64,000 nucleotides of DNA from positions 1,984,001 to 2,048,000 of the forward strand of contig OZ251232.1 in NCBI GenBank assembly GCA_965240325.2, given 5' to 3'. Positions 51,782 to 64,000 of the stretch are shown here, piece after piece (the first letter of the stretch is position 1; the number at the start of each line of letters is the position of its first letter). This stretch comes from Rebecca billardiae RCC1528 (taxonomy: Eukaryota; Protista; Haptophyta). Both the position numbers and the translations under genes were made by a program. The notes under the pieces were generated by a model. The model was not told where the DNA came from, did no database searches, and worked only from the letters and a program-made list of their open reading frames with translations.

Positions 51782-53208
51782 CAGCGCCACTGTCTGCCCC
51801 CGGGCATCGCCTACAACGTAGCCTCTGCACGGCAGCTCATCAGCCAGTGTCTGCTTGCTCGCTGGCAGCAAGCAGCGGTCATCCAGGCCATATCCACGGT
51901 GCGGGTGTCGCAGTAGCACTAGCTGCGCTGTCCCAGCCCCAGGGGCATGGCAGTCGGGTGTCACACCTAGTAAGCCGGTGGGGGCTGCACGTTTTAGGCC
52001 TGTGTAGGCCGAGGTGGTTTTGCCCCATCGGGCGGTGGTGTGGGCTCGCAGGCTCAGCGGGCTGAGCCTGCACCCGGAGGACTCGGCGAGCGCGCTGGCG
52101 ATGGGCCTGGCCGAGGATGTCCGTCTGGCTGTCACTTGCGCCGCCTGCACGTTGGAGCGCGGCAGCACGTTGGAGGGAGCATGTTGAGGGTCAGACCGTA
52201 CGCCGTGGCGCCGCTGAACTTGCCCCGTGCCGTCCGTGGGCGGTGGGATCTTGTCAATGTCGAGGTCGTCGAATCGCGTCGGCCGCGTGCGCATTGGCGA
52301 TGCACTCTGCGCGGTGGCAAGCGAGGCTGGTGGAGCGCTCGGCTCGGGGAGGAGAACGGATGGGCAGGCAGGGCCACCCCACTCCGTCATGCGCGACCGC
52401 GCAGGTTGTGGGGGTCGTGCCTACGCACGCGGCGCCGCCGCCTCGCGCCCTCGGGGGCGAAGCGTGGCCATCATGGAACGTACAGTTTACTATGTTTTAA
52501 CGTGCACACTTGGTTAAGGCGTGATTGACGCCATCCAACACTGCACAAAGACACCGCCACAAAACAGACCGGCGCAGGCAGGTGAGGGGCGCGTTGCCGC
52601 ACCTCATCGAGGCGGCCATCGCAGCAAGCGGCCGCCCCGCGCTCGGAGGCACGCGCTCGGGAGCGCGCTCTGACACCACACGGGGAGGGTGCTGCACCTG
52701 GATGTTGTATCCCAGCCACCTCGAGAGTGCAGCCGCGCCAAACACCTGCCTGCGCTGTGAGCGACGCCACGTCGACTGATCGAGCCCCAGCCGAAGGGAA
52801 GAACTGGAAGATGAAGGGTGGGCAGGTCCACATGCCCGGCGTAAACTGCGCGCTGCTCGCCTGCGGAGGCAAACAGTCCGGGTCAAGTCCACGCTTCGCG
52901 AGATCTGAGCCTCGCGATGGCGTCGGCCGGGATGCGGCCCCGCAGCCGACGTCCCTCGGCGGAGTGCGGCGCGGCGCCGCGGCGCGAGCGAGGAGGCGGC
53001 GACGAGGTGCGCGCCTGCATGCACCGGTCACGTGTGGCCCTGCTCCGCGCCTCCGCGGCCAAGCAGCTGCACTCCCTCGCCCGCCCGCCCGCTCGCGCGT
53101 GTGGCGTGCGCGCGCGGGGCCTCCTCGCACCCTCGCGGGGTCGCGCGCGCGTGGCACGGCCGAGGGCGGCCAGGCGGGCGCCGCGCGTGGGGGGCGTGCG
53201 TATGACTC

Positions 53209-56200
53209 CAAGAGCCATCGCGCGCGCCCGGGCCACCGAGCCGGATACGGCCGCGTTGCGATTTGCGCAACCGCCAGACACGCGCGTGCTCAGAACGGCG
53301 CCCCGCGGCCCCGCGCGCGCACGCGACGCGCGCGCAGGGCGAGGGAGCGCCGCAGGGGCTGTTTCTGGCGCGGGCAAAGAGGGGTAGGTACAGCTGACTG
53401 CCACCATCTGTTCTGACCTGGCGGTGACGGTGGCAGGCTCGGCAGCGAGCTCGGCGGTCGGGTCGGCGGCTGTGCTGATGGCGGCGATGATGGTAGAGGG
53501 CTTGGTGGTGGAGATGTAGGCAGTGACGGTTGCGGGCTCGGCGGCGAGCTTGGTGGCGGTGACGTAGGCGGTGACAGTGGCGGGCTCGGCGACGGGCTCG
53601 GTAGCGGCAGGCTCGAGGTGGGCGTGGTGGCGGTGATGGCGGCCGGGCTCGGCGATGGATGTAGCGGCGGTGGGCTCAGGGGCGGGACTCAGTGGTGGCG
53701 AAGGGGGCGAACCCAGTGCTGGGCTCGGCGCTGGGGTGGATGGCGGCAAATGCGATGGGCTTGGTTGTTCGTGGTGGGCTTGGTGGCGGCGACTTTGGTG
53801 GCGATGGCTGTGAGCGGCGGAGTGGCCGTGAGCTCGGCAGCGGGGCGGTGGCTCAGTGATGGTGGAGACCAGTGGCTGGCTCGGTGGACGGTTCGGCGGC
53901 CCGACGAAGACGGGCTGTGAGACGGCTGAGGCGGCGGCGCGGCGGCGGGATCGCCGCGTCACTGTCGCTCTCGGACAGAGCTTTGCGGTGACACAGCGCG
54001 GCCAAGCTCTGGGTGTTGGTGCTGACGCTGCCATGTTGTCCGCAGGCCACCCGCTTGACTCCGGCGCACCGATGCCCGGACATGCTGAATCAGGGCTCTG
54101 CGGGATGGCTGCGTCACCTCAGTACGGCTGAGTCCGTGAGAGGGATGGTCGTCGCTGCCCAGTCTGGTCGAGTTTGATGAACTGACTTGACTATCAGCGA
54201 CCGTAGGCTGCTACTGCTCCAGCGTTGTCATCGTCATGAGTAGCTAGCCGTAGATCACGACGAGTACGGATCACAGCATCATCCGCCCTATTCATCGTGA
54301 CTCATCGTCAGCAGAGTTCGTCACGGGCTATTACTCGTCAACCGCGTCCTACCCGCCCCGCTGGCAACTTGGACAAGCGTCTGCTGATGATACGGCGTAC
54401 CAGCATCACAATCTGAGCTCCTGCTGTGCTGGCTGTTGCTAATGACTGCATCAGACGTCACTGCGTGCTGCACGGCAGCAGCCATTCAGTACCGTATGCG
54501 CTCCGTCAGCAGGACAATGTGCGACTTATTCTGCATTCGAACGGCAACGGCACGTGCTGCGACGGCTATATGGTCTCCGTATTACTATCACTTGACGACT
54601 CGAGTGATCACGACGAGTCGTCGATCTTCATGACGAGCAAGTAGAGCAGCACTGCTACAGTGGAAGCATATCAGTAGTCCGTCATCGTCGGGTTCCCCTG
54701 AAGTTTCTGCTGGGATGCGTCAGCGATATACTATATACGCTCCCGCTGCCTGGTCATTGGTACACGTCAGTCACATCAGGCAGCCTTACCTCATCCTACA
54801 TGCCGCGCGGGCAGAGACCAGTGCCACGCCCGCGCGACTGGCATCCCTGAAATTGCAGCGTGACGGAGCAACCTCGGGTCAGCAGTGGGCAGCAGGGCAG
54901 TGCCGCCCCGCACAGCAGGGCCCAATCAATGAACCCCCGCGGCCGGCCGTGCGGCCGTAGTGCGGCGGATCTATCTAGAACGACCGGCCGTCACGCACTG
55001 GGCGCCTCCAACATTCGGATGCGGCAATAGTATAAGCATCATGAGCCTCAGGCAGGCAGTCTCAGGTGGCGTGTCGTCAACAGCAGGCCCCGGGCGCGCT
55101 GGCCGGGCACTCGCAGCCGAAGGACCGCAATCAAGGATTGATTGCCAAGTCGTCAGCCGACTGTGAAGCTGAGCCTGATGATGCTGCCCGCTGCCGGGCC
55201 GCGGGACGACCGAATAATAATGATGACGATGACGCGACGATATTATAGTGATGCAGCCGCTAGAGACGGCTATACGGTTGTCGTTACTTGACTGCGAATC
55301 TGCAACATGCGGCGTCAGCTCCTGCTGTGGAACTCGATCTACCAGATCGACCGCCTGGTGATGACGCCGATCGATCTCCCTCACGAACTCAGCCCTCCCG
55401 TGGTGACGCAGGGAGTCCTGCAGAGCTACTCCGGCCAGGAGGCTTTGACCTTCAGACTCTTCCCACCGCCATCGCCAGCGCCGAACCAGCCATGCTGGCC
55501 GCCGCGCGAGCCCGCTGATCAAGCCCGCCTCCGCCGCTTCCGCCACCGAGCCCGCGTCCATCCCCACCACACTCGCTGCCGCCCAGACTGCCCGGCCGTC
55601 TGCTTCTCTGGCCATCCGCCAAGCGGCCCGTCGGCCGCTGGCCGTGGGTGGCGGGTCAGCTGCAGCAGTCTACGTCCCGGCCAAGGCGCGGGCATCGACC
55701 CGGCGTTTGAGCCTGCCAGCACGCCGGCCAGCGCTCTGATGCCGCGCGTCCTCGATACTGGTTGCCGAGCTGTCGCGCCGCCGTGCCCGGCAAGACACGT
55801 GGATCCGCTGCCGAGCATTCACCAGCCTCCGAACCCGCCCACGCCTCCGACCGGGGCATGCATGCACGGTCGATCTACCCAGCCGGAAGCAGGTCGACAG
55901 CCCCGCTGTGTGGCGGGCCTGCCGGTACGTCCGCTGCCTGCTCGAGGGCGAGGAAACACCGCCTCACCTGTCGACCACGACAGCACGCCTGGCGTGCACA
56001 CTCTGACGGCGAGGCCCGGGATCCGGGCGGGCGATGGCACTACCCACGCCTCCGCCAAGTCTCGGCCTGGCCGAGGGGCGCAACACTGGCCGAGCCCTTG
56101 GCCCGGCGCGCCGCCGCCAGCCTGTGCTGACAAGCCCAAGCCGTGCGCGGCAGGCATGCACGTGAGAGCGGCGATGGGCGGCGTTGCGCGGCGCCAGGAG

Positions 56201-56722
56201 GGCCAGGGGCATGTCAGACTCGACTCCGCCGTGTCGCGCGCGGCCAAGCGCGCGCTCTGTGCTAGGGACGCGCGAAGCGAGGCGGGCGCTCGCGCACGCA
56301 CGCGGCCATCCCGACCAGCGCCAAACGGGCGGCGCCAGCGGAGGGAGGTGATGTCGTCAGACGAGAGCACCTCCTTCCGAACGAGAGCGCCTCCCAGTGG
56401 GAGGGATGTGCTCACGAGTACGAGTTCGGCTGTGCGCACTCTGTTCGCGCCGGCCGGCGGCGCACGGACAGACACACAGATCACGTCGGCTGGCAGCCAG
56501 CCACTCTCTGACCAGGTCAGAAGAGATGGTGGCAGTCAGCTGTACCTGCCCCTCTTTGCCCGCGCCAGAAACAGCCCCTGCGGCGCTCCCTCGCCCTGCG
56601 CGCGCGTCGCGCGCGCGCGCGGGGCCGCGGGGCGCCGTTCTGAGCACGCGTGTCTGGCGGTTGCGCAAATCGCAACGCGGCCGTATCCGGCTCGGTGGCC
56701 CGGGCGCGCGCGATGGCTCTTG
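53209..56722. repeat. ~212-bp inverted repeats (53209-53421 / 56512-56722) flanking 3.1 kb with Pro-rich gene fragments
   Basis: caagagccatcgcgcgcgcccgggcc...ttctgacctgg versus ccaggtcagaa...gatggctcttg, few mismatches. No TSD found. Confidence 0.85.
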
Positions 56723-56858
56723 TGTACGCACCCAGCCGCCTTGGCGTCCGGACTCCTGGCCTCCTCCGCCGCCGCCAAGGGCGGTGTCTCTAATTGCTCG
56801 CGACCGCGCGACCGCACTGCGCGCGAACTTCGGCTGAGCTGTTCCGCCCGTCGCCAAC

Positions 56859-57398
56859 ATGCTGGACGACCTGTGCGTCAAGTTGGCCATGGGCACGTTC
56901 AAGCATGGGCAAATCATCTACTCTATCACCGAGAACGGCAATCAGATCATCGTCGAGTCGCGGGACCTGCTCGTGCTCTTACCGGCGGGGCAAGACGCTC
57001 CAGTCGCCGGCATCACGGTCACGAGGGTCACGCGAATGATCATGGTGCGTGATGAGGCTGGGCGCATCGTGTTCCTCTCCGTGAGCAATGTTCTGATCAA
57101 GGAGGACGCGCGCTGGGCGGACTTTTTTCCCGAACTCGAAGGCATCGCCGTCGCGGGGGATGGAAGCCTGCTCGACGACGCGTGCAAGAGCTGCATCACG
57201 CGCGTGTCCATGAACAGCATGCAGACGCCCGAGGCGACCGTGGAGGTCATCCACCACTTGAACACGCTCCGCATCCTCGATGATCCCATCATCGCCACGC
57301 CGCCAAGTCTTCCGGGCGTCGAGCTCACCGCTGCGCACTTTGCTGACGACGGCCCATTCGCCAACATGGTCGTCGCGGTCGTGCCCATCACTGCCTAG
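56859..57398 (+). CDS. Hypothetical 179-aa protein, intronless
   Basis: ATG-to-TAG ORF with globular composition (V/I/L/D-rich, not R/A-rich like shadow ORFs) and C/G third-position bias. Confidence 0.7.
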   Translation: MLDDLCVKLAMGTFKHGQIIYSITENGNQIIVESRDLLVLLPAGQDAPVAGITVTRVTRMIMVRDEAGRIVFLSVSNVLIKEDARWADFFPELEGIAVAGDGSLLDDACKSCITRVSMNSMQTPEATVEVIHHLNTLRILDDPIIATPPSLPGVELTAAHFADDGPFANMVVAVVPITA

Positions 57399-57957
57399 CG
57401 GTGCGCTCACCTCATCGGGCATGAAGTGTGACGTCGGCGCGCTTGGAGATCGGCGGCGGCACGTCGCCGGCGTCGTCGCGCTTGCTGTTCGATGCGTTCG
57501 TGTCGCCGCTCGCGTCGCTCGCGTCGTCGGGAGCTGAAGCTCGCGCGCGGCCTTCTCAGTTCTCACAGATCAATGTGTGAGTATAGCTAAGTCAGTGACA
57601 GTGATGCGGATGTCACTATGTGGCACGACAGTCTGAGTCGGGGCGGGGTCGGCGCTGCTGCACTTAGGTTGTCGGCGATGTCGTATGCAGCCATGCAGCA
57701 AGGCGCGTCACGTGGGACTCAGACTGAGCCTCTGTTACCGCCCTTGACTCTCGCCGACTCCTGGTAACTCAGAGTCGCGAGCGAGGCCGGCTCGGCTCGG
57801 CGCGTACTGATTCAGCCGACGACGAACCAGTATTGCCGGCGCGGCACGCGCGGCGGCGGCGTGGCACTCGGGGCCAGGCACGCGGCGCGCGCGTTTTCGG
57901 GCGAGCGTGTCGCGCGCGCGGCGTCGGTGCGCGTGCCGCCGTCGGCGACGAGGGCGC

Positions 57958-59082
57958 TCAGTCAGACTCGAAGCCGGAGAGCGCGTCGGTGTCGTCGACG
58001 GCGCCGGGCTCGGTGAGAATGGCGCCGAGCTTGTCGCGCATGTACTCGACGATCTCGACGAGCTTCTTCTCGGAGTCGCGGTCGAAGATTCGCGCGATCT
58101 TGATCCAGCGTGTGCCGTCCTTGCCGAACTTCTCCATCACGCGCTGGAAGATCGGGTACATGTGCTTTCCGTCGGTCACTTGGAGGCGATACTTGCGCAC
58201 GTCGGGGAGGTAGCGGAAACTTGTGCGCCTTGCGCCGCGCACCGTTCCGGCGGGTGGTGCTCGGACGCAGCAGCTTCGCGCATCGCGCGCACGCGTGGCT
58301 GCCGTCTGCTCGCCGCGCGATGCACCGCCACGCCTTCGCGTAGATCGGGCTGCGGCCCGGCACCGTGCCGACGTCGTCGAGCGTGTCGTGGGGCACCATG
58401 CGTGTGGACGTGCACACGTCGCACACGCCCACGGCGTGCAGATCCTCGCCGCGCTGGAAGGCGAGCATGGCGCGCGCGGCCTCCTTGTTCGGGTGCAGCT
58501 CGCGCAGCACGTCGTCGGAAACGTCGTACGTGTACGTCTCGGCGGCGGCGGGCTGCAGCTGGAACGTCTGAGCTCGACGCCGCGGCGGCAGCCGAAGCGC
58601 GCGCGTCGGCCGGCGAGGCAGCGGAGCCGGCGGGCGCTGCGGGCGACACAGACGACGGTCTCGGCGCGTGCGTCGGTGCCGGTGGCGCGTGCTCCGTGAT
58701 CCTGCGCACGGCTTGCTCGGCCGTCATCTCGCCCTTGAGCACCGCTTGCGTGTGCGCGTACACCGTCTCCACCGGCACCAACTCGTCCTTCCACGACGTC
58801 ATCCATGTGCCGATCATCGTAAACTGCACGGCGCGTTCGGTGAAGTGACACACGGTCACCTTCACCCGCTCCGGATGTCTGCCTCGTCTCCGCCGCGGCC
58901 GAGCTTTGCAAGCATCTCACTCGGATCTCGTGTCGTTTGAGTACTTTGAGTCTCGCATAGGGCTTGAAGGTCACGCTGTGCTTCTGCTTCTGCACGTTGA
59001 AACCGGCGCACGGCGACACACGCTTGCCCCCGACGGTGACCAGCAAGCCGCAAACGCATCCGGATTGCGGCGTGCAGGGCAT
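57958..59082 (-). CDS. Hypothetical Cys-containing protein; predicted exons 59082-58921, 58868-58710, 58567-58326, 58219-57958
   Basis: Four protein-like segments in different frames join through phase-consistent GT-AG introns: MPCTPQSGCVCG...HEIR|RVKVTVCH...EQA|TFQLQP...CDVC...KAWR|FRYLPD...GFESD*. Confidence 0.68.
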   Translation of the reverse strand: MPCTPQSGCVCGLLVTVGGKRVSPCAGFNVQKQKHSVTFKPYARLKVLKRHEIRVRCLQSSAAAETRQTSGAGEGDRVSLHRTRRAVYDDRHMDDVVEGRVGAGGDGVRAHASGAQGRDDGRASRAQDHGARATGTDARAETVVCVARSARRLRCLAGRRARFGCRRGVELRRSSCSPPPPRRTRTTFPTTCCASCTRTRRPRAPCSPSSAARICTPWACATCARPHAWCPTTRSTTSARCRAAARSTRRRGGASRGEQTAATRARDARSCCVRAPPAGTVRGARRTSFRYLPDVRKYRLQVTDGKHMYPIFQRVMEKFGKDGTRWIKIARIFDRDSEKKLVEIVEYMRDKLGAILTEPGAVDDTDALSGFESD

Positions 59083-61035
59083 GATCACGAACGCCGAGTC
59101 GCGTCCCGCCCAACTCGACGGCCGTCCTTCCTCCACGGTTTTGAGCGGAGTCGAGACGCGCCTCGCGACTCGCGAGTCGCGCCGCCTGGAAGCTGGGCCT
59201 TGGGCATTTCGCATCTCAGATCTCTTTGGTGCGCCTTTCTGGATGTTTTATAGCTTACAGTGTGAGACCCCCACTGCCGAATCGGACATCAGACGCCACT
59301 GGCGGAGCCTCGGCTCAACCCCGCAAAATGGCGGCCGGCCGGCGCTCCCTCGCGGTTCGATGCACGCTGCTCGCTGGCCTGCGGTAGGCGCCGCCTTGCC
59401 CGGGGGAAGCGGCGAGGTGGACGCGGGCTGACTTGGTGAGTACTACCCCCAGTTGCGCACGGCAGCCAGGGCAGAACAGCGCATCTCGACCGACCTTTCG
59501 CCCGCGCGCAAACCTGGCGCCCAATCGGCCGAGCCACGCGATGAGCTGTGCGCGCCACCGTGCAGCACGGCAATCGTGTCAGAAGCAGGAAATCTGAATT
59601 AAAGAGATTATGCGCAAGTGGGTACGCAAGCGAACAGAGTGTTTTCGGACACTTGGATCGCTCATTCTGACCATGGTCACCCCCTCCGTACGCACTCGCG
59701 TGTTTGCGGACGCTTGCGCAGGGAAGCAGCATGGTCAAATTCGGAGTTTCCAGGGCAGTGCGCTCCCTTCGAGTGACCTGCGGCGCATGCCCCATACTCG
59801 CATGACCCCTACGTGCACGACCGTACACTCGAGCCCCGCCTTCCAGCTCCACGCTCAACCTGGACGCTCGTCGCTCGCGGCCGAGCCAGCGCTGACCCTT
59901 TGCGGCAAGCGACAGGCGACCGCGCAGCAGTGCGGAGGGTAGAAAGCCTCGATCGTGGGGAGCCGATGTGAAGGATGTCCACGGGTACGTGCGCGCGTGA
60001 CGCACGAGCGCTTTCGGACGCGCGCGCTGCTCGTTCTGACCGTTGTCACCCTACCGTTCGTCGGTGTCGCCTGCTCCGTTTGAACGCGCGCTCGCGCAGG
60101 ACAGCAGCACGTGCAGATTCACGTTGCTCAAGGCCGCCCACGACGTGCGCGTGGCCCACGCCGCACGAGGCGCACCTCGCAATCCATCGCGAGGTCGTGC
60201 TTGCGGCGTCCTGTCGCCTCGGCATGCGCAGCTAGCCTCGGATTTGGCGCTCCACGAGCTGCAGCAGCCGGCGACGCCCGCACGGCCCACCGGATGCCGA
60301 GCAGGAAGTGAGGGCGCGCGCTTGTCCATGCACGCGCTCTGAAGGTGAGCACGCGTTATCAGCCCCATGTGCCGCTGGAACGCACACATATCGACCCCGT
60401 GCGAACGCGCACGCCCATCCTCGTCGCGCCGCGCAGTCCTTCTACAGCTGCACGAGCACGACGTTTGACAGCTGCTGTCGGAGTGCGGAAGTGGTACGGC
60501 ACTGCCGTACGCCCGGCTCAGATGGCGACATGCTGCTCTGGGCGATGCTGCGTGAGGGCCTGCGCAATCGAGGCCGCGCTCAGCTTCACGTCGGGCGCGA
60601 TGTACTCGCTCAGACAGCACACTACAGCGCACACCCGACGCCGCGCGTCAGCTCCGAGCGGCTACCGGTCTGCAAATCTTCCTGCTGACGTACGTGGCCG
60701 CTGCATCCGAGACAGGTCTGCAGCTGCGATCTCGCGCGTCGGACGCAACCGGGCCATGGCTGGTGCACGCAGCACGACATCGAGCTCTTCCGCTCGTGCG
60801 TCCTTCTCCCCATTTGGCGCGGCGTTGCTGGCCTCCATGCTTCCAGGAGGGTCAAAAGACCCCCCCTTTTCGCCCGGCGCGGCGGAAAGGCGTGCAGCGA
60901 GCTGCTCTCGCGGCTTGTGTGCACCGCGGGGGTTGCGCCGGGTCGAGCCAAGCCAACTTTCGCTGAGAGTCTCACGGCGGATCGCGAGCAAACGTCTGAT
61001 GTCCGGTCTCTCACTGGGGGGTCTCACACTGTACT

Positions 61036-62186
61036 CTTCCTGGTGGGCCTGACGACGTCCGGACGACGACAACAACGACATCCGCCATGGGGACCAACAT
61101 CAACGTGCTCACACCACTGCCACTGCTGCAAGCTTCGACCCATTCTATGATTTAACGACACAGGTAGGACGACGCGGGTCTCCTGATTCGTCGGCGGCAG
61201 TGCCCGATCGTCGACACGAAGTCGGCGTTGGTGGCAGAGCATAGCCTGCACCGCGATCGTAAAGCTTGAGCGCGGCCTTGAGCTGCTGGAGCGCGATCCA
61301 CCTGCGCTGCGCGGCTCGCATGGCCCTGCTGTGCCCCGAGCGAGGGCGATGGTGCAGGTCCGGATGTCAGCTGGCAGTCTCAGCCGCTGGTAGCAGCTGG
61401 TCGAGCCTGCCCCGTGCTCCCCGAGCGGTCGCGTACGCGCCTGCCGCTCGAGCCAGCTGGCTGGCTGGCGGCGGCTGGCGCTGCGGCGTCGTCCAGGGTG
61501 CGCTTCGTCCGCTGCTGCGGCAGCTCCTCGTCGTCCAAGTCGTCGCCCGGGGGCGAGTCTCGGTCCTCGTGGAGCGGGGCAGCAGGGACTGGCGTGGGTG
61601 CAGCGGTCGGTGCCAGGCGCGCCGCCTTGCGCGCCTGGCGTTCCTTGACGGCGCGGCGCGTCGAGGAGCGACGGCTCGATGGAGAACGAATCCGTCGGCC
61701 CTCGGCGTCGCGCCGTTGCCCGCGCTTCCCACGCCGGGGCTTCTTCTTCCGCTTCTGAGAGTGCTGCTGCTCGTCGTTCGCCTGCAGCGCCTCAGCGTCC
61801 GAGCCCTGCGCGGCGGGCGGGCGCACCGGCGAGGCCGGCGTGCGCGCTGCGTGCTGGGCGGTCCGCGGGGGAGCAGTCCAGTACCACTACACACGAATCA
61901 GGAGAGCTGCGCCCTCGTGCCTGTGTCTTTAAATCATAGAATTAGTCCGGTGCTGTGTCGAATCAATAGTTTGCGGTTCACACCCCAATCGTTTCTGTTT
62001 GCGCCCTACTAATTCTATGATTTAAAGACACAGGCACGAGGGCGCAGCTCTCCTGATTCGTCTGTAGTGGTACTGGTCGAAGCTTGCAGCAGTTGCAGTG
62101 GTGTGAGCGCGTTGATGTTGGTCCCCAATCCCCATGGCGGATGTCGTTGTTGTCGTCGTCCGGACGTCGTCAGGACCACCAGGAAG
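61036..62186. repeat. Nested inverted-repeat structure: outer ~105-bp IR, inner ~50-bp motif in three copies, 69-bp-arm hairpin 61878-62076
   Basis: 61036-61140 is the reverse complement of 62075-62186. attctatgatttaa..gacacagg...tcctgattcgt occurs at 61142(+), 61893-61942(-) and 62012(+). Confidence 0.88.
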
Positions 62187-62365
62187 TGCATGGGTACGAA
62201 ATCAAAGGCGAGTGAGCATGTTGGCGTCGGCCAGGCCGTCCCCTACTTGGTCAGCAGCTGGTGCGGATGATGTCGTCGCCTACTTGGTCAGTGGCAGGTC
62301 GTGGTGGACGATGGTGTAGCCTGTTCTTGGTCAGCAGCTGGTGGATGATGTTGTGGCCGAAGTTA

Positions 62366-63143
62366 CAGGGGTCTCAACAATTAAACGTCACATTCTGACT
62401 GAGCTGCACGCCACTGCTCACCCTGCCCCCCTGGGCTGACCCAGGCGGCCCCCACGGCCAGTGCACGACGGTTTCGACCCAGCGCGTCAGCCCCAGCGCG
62501 CGTGGGCTGGAGTTGGGCACACCAGCAGGTCACACGGCTGCAGGCGTACAGCCTGTCGCAGCTGGCCAGATCCTGCCGCAGGCTTGTCGTCACTGGTCGC
62601 GGGCCGTGTGCCCACACAGACCAGGCCTAAATTGTGCTTGGCAGTGGATCTGGTACCCCCTAGGGTGGGCTGCATGCCACCTGGGGGGGAGCTCATGGGA
62701 TGCAGCTGCTGTGGCACAGTGCCCAATCCCGCACCCCCACCTGCGCAAGGACCTGTCGGGTCAGCTCCCCTGCACTGGGAGGCCAGCAGCAGCACCCGCT
62801 GACACGCCCCGAGGGTGGCCAGCCACCCGACTTGAGGGGGCTGGAGTGGGGCTGGTGCAGCCAAGAGCTCTGCAGCCTAGCTGCTGGTGGCTGGCCTGCA
62901 TGGATTTTCAAGCTGACCACCCACTGCTGCCTGCCGCACCCCTCGCTGCACCCACCTGGGCTGCTGCACATGCGAACTCTGGATGGCACCACAGCCCAGC
63001 ATGGAGAGCTGGCCAAGCAGCCACCCACTCGTCAGAATGGCCAGGGAGTGGGCTGTGCTAGACCACATCTAGCCAGGCAATCAAGTGCTCACATGCCTGT
63101 CCAGTGGCACAAACAGAGATACAGCTAATTGTTGAGACCCCTG
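62366..63143. mobile_element. 778-bp Tc1/mariner-type MITE
   Basis: TA-CAGGGGTCTCAACAATTA ... TAATTGTTGAGACCCCTG, a perfect 18-bp TIR with CAGGG terminus. The right flank is TG rather than TA. Confidence 0.82.
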
Positions 63144-63292
63144 TGCGGGGTCGGATGCACTTGCACATCATCACCCAGGCTCAGCAGGAGCCCAACAATG
63201 GCTCTTATGAGCAAGAGCAGCTGCGCATGTCACGCCAGACCTGTGAAAGATGCCACTAGGGACCAGCCCAGCTCGATCTGACCGGCAACCTC

Positions 63293-63837
63293 GCTGGTCT
63301 GGCACCGCTCATAGCGGCTGCACAGCCAGCCGTGGGCCACGGTCCGCACTGGCGCCCACTGGCCGCAGGGCAGACGTAGCATCTGGGCTCGGGCTAGGTG
63401 ATGAAACCGGGGCTGCCGTTCGGCCCAGGCGGTCCGTACGGGTCGCGTACGACACGCCAGGCCCGATCCTGCCCATCATCTAGCTGGTCTGGCACCGCTC
63501 ATAGCGGCTGCACAGCCAGCCGTGGGCCACCCGCACTGGCGCCCACTGGCCGCAGGGCAGACGTAGCATCTGGGCTCGGGCTAGGTGATGAAACCGGGGC
63601 TGCCGTTCGGCCTGGGCGGCCCGTACGGGTCGCGTACGACACGCCAGGCCCGGTCCTGCCCATCATCTAGCTGGTCTGGCACCGCTCATAGCGCTGCACA
63701 GCCAGCCGTGGGCCACCCCACTGGCTCCCACTGGCCGCAGGGCAGACGTAGCACCTGGGCTCGGGCTAGGCGATGGAAGAGGGGCTGCCGTTCGGCCTGG
63801 GCGGCCCGCACGGGTCGCGTACGACACGCCAGGCCTG
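63293..63837. repeat. ~188-190-bp tandem repeat, 3 copies
   Basis: gctggtctggcaccgctcatagc at 63293, 63483 and 63671. Confidence 0.93.
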
Positions 63838-64000
63838 CTTCTTGTGCCACGCCCTGCATTGCAGGGCAGTGAAGCCGAACTTGGTGCCAACATCTTAGGG
63901 GTGGACACCTGCATCTGCACGAGGTAGGTGATGATGGCCTTGGCCCCTCATATGGGGTGTACTGGCCAGGGCCAGCTGGTGCTTGTGAGCACCGTCACGG

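Overview
This is very GC-rich, intron-containing eukaryotic DNA, not prokaryotic. The (GC)n-rich GT-AG introns and Pro/Ser-rich tracts suggest a microalga such as a haptophyte, but that is inference. The window is dominated by repeats and transposons. 1-19041 is a higher-order tandem array: 415-bp monomers x3-4 plus a ~1.05-kb spacer, with 2704/3099/5803-bp periods, and three spacers carry an 808-bp TA-flanked MITE. 19044-28378 is a 9.3-kb block bounded by ~52-bp TIRs and filled with ~200-bp-period repeats. 28495-33092 holds two ~1.96-kb TIR elements interleaved with the ends of a second TTAA/(TA)n-associated element. 33580-37779 is a truncated Ty1/Copia retrotransposon whose polyprotein carries a MYND-type zinc finger between the Gag knuckle and the protease; it appears to be inserted into a decayed APE-type LINE (37780-41140). 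The clearest genes are a 3-exon protein with four copies of an unrecognised ~55-aa helical repeat (41281-43148), an R2R3-MYB factor (46603-43946) and a convergent pair of unknown genes (56859-57398, 59082-57958). The right end holds further MITEs and nested inverted repeats. The best novelty candidates are the MYND-bearing Copia, the 4x repeat-domain protein and the MITE-marked mosaic array. Most ORFs in the supplied track are spurious products of high GC.
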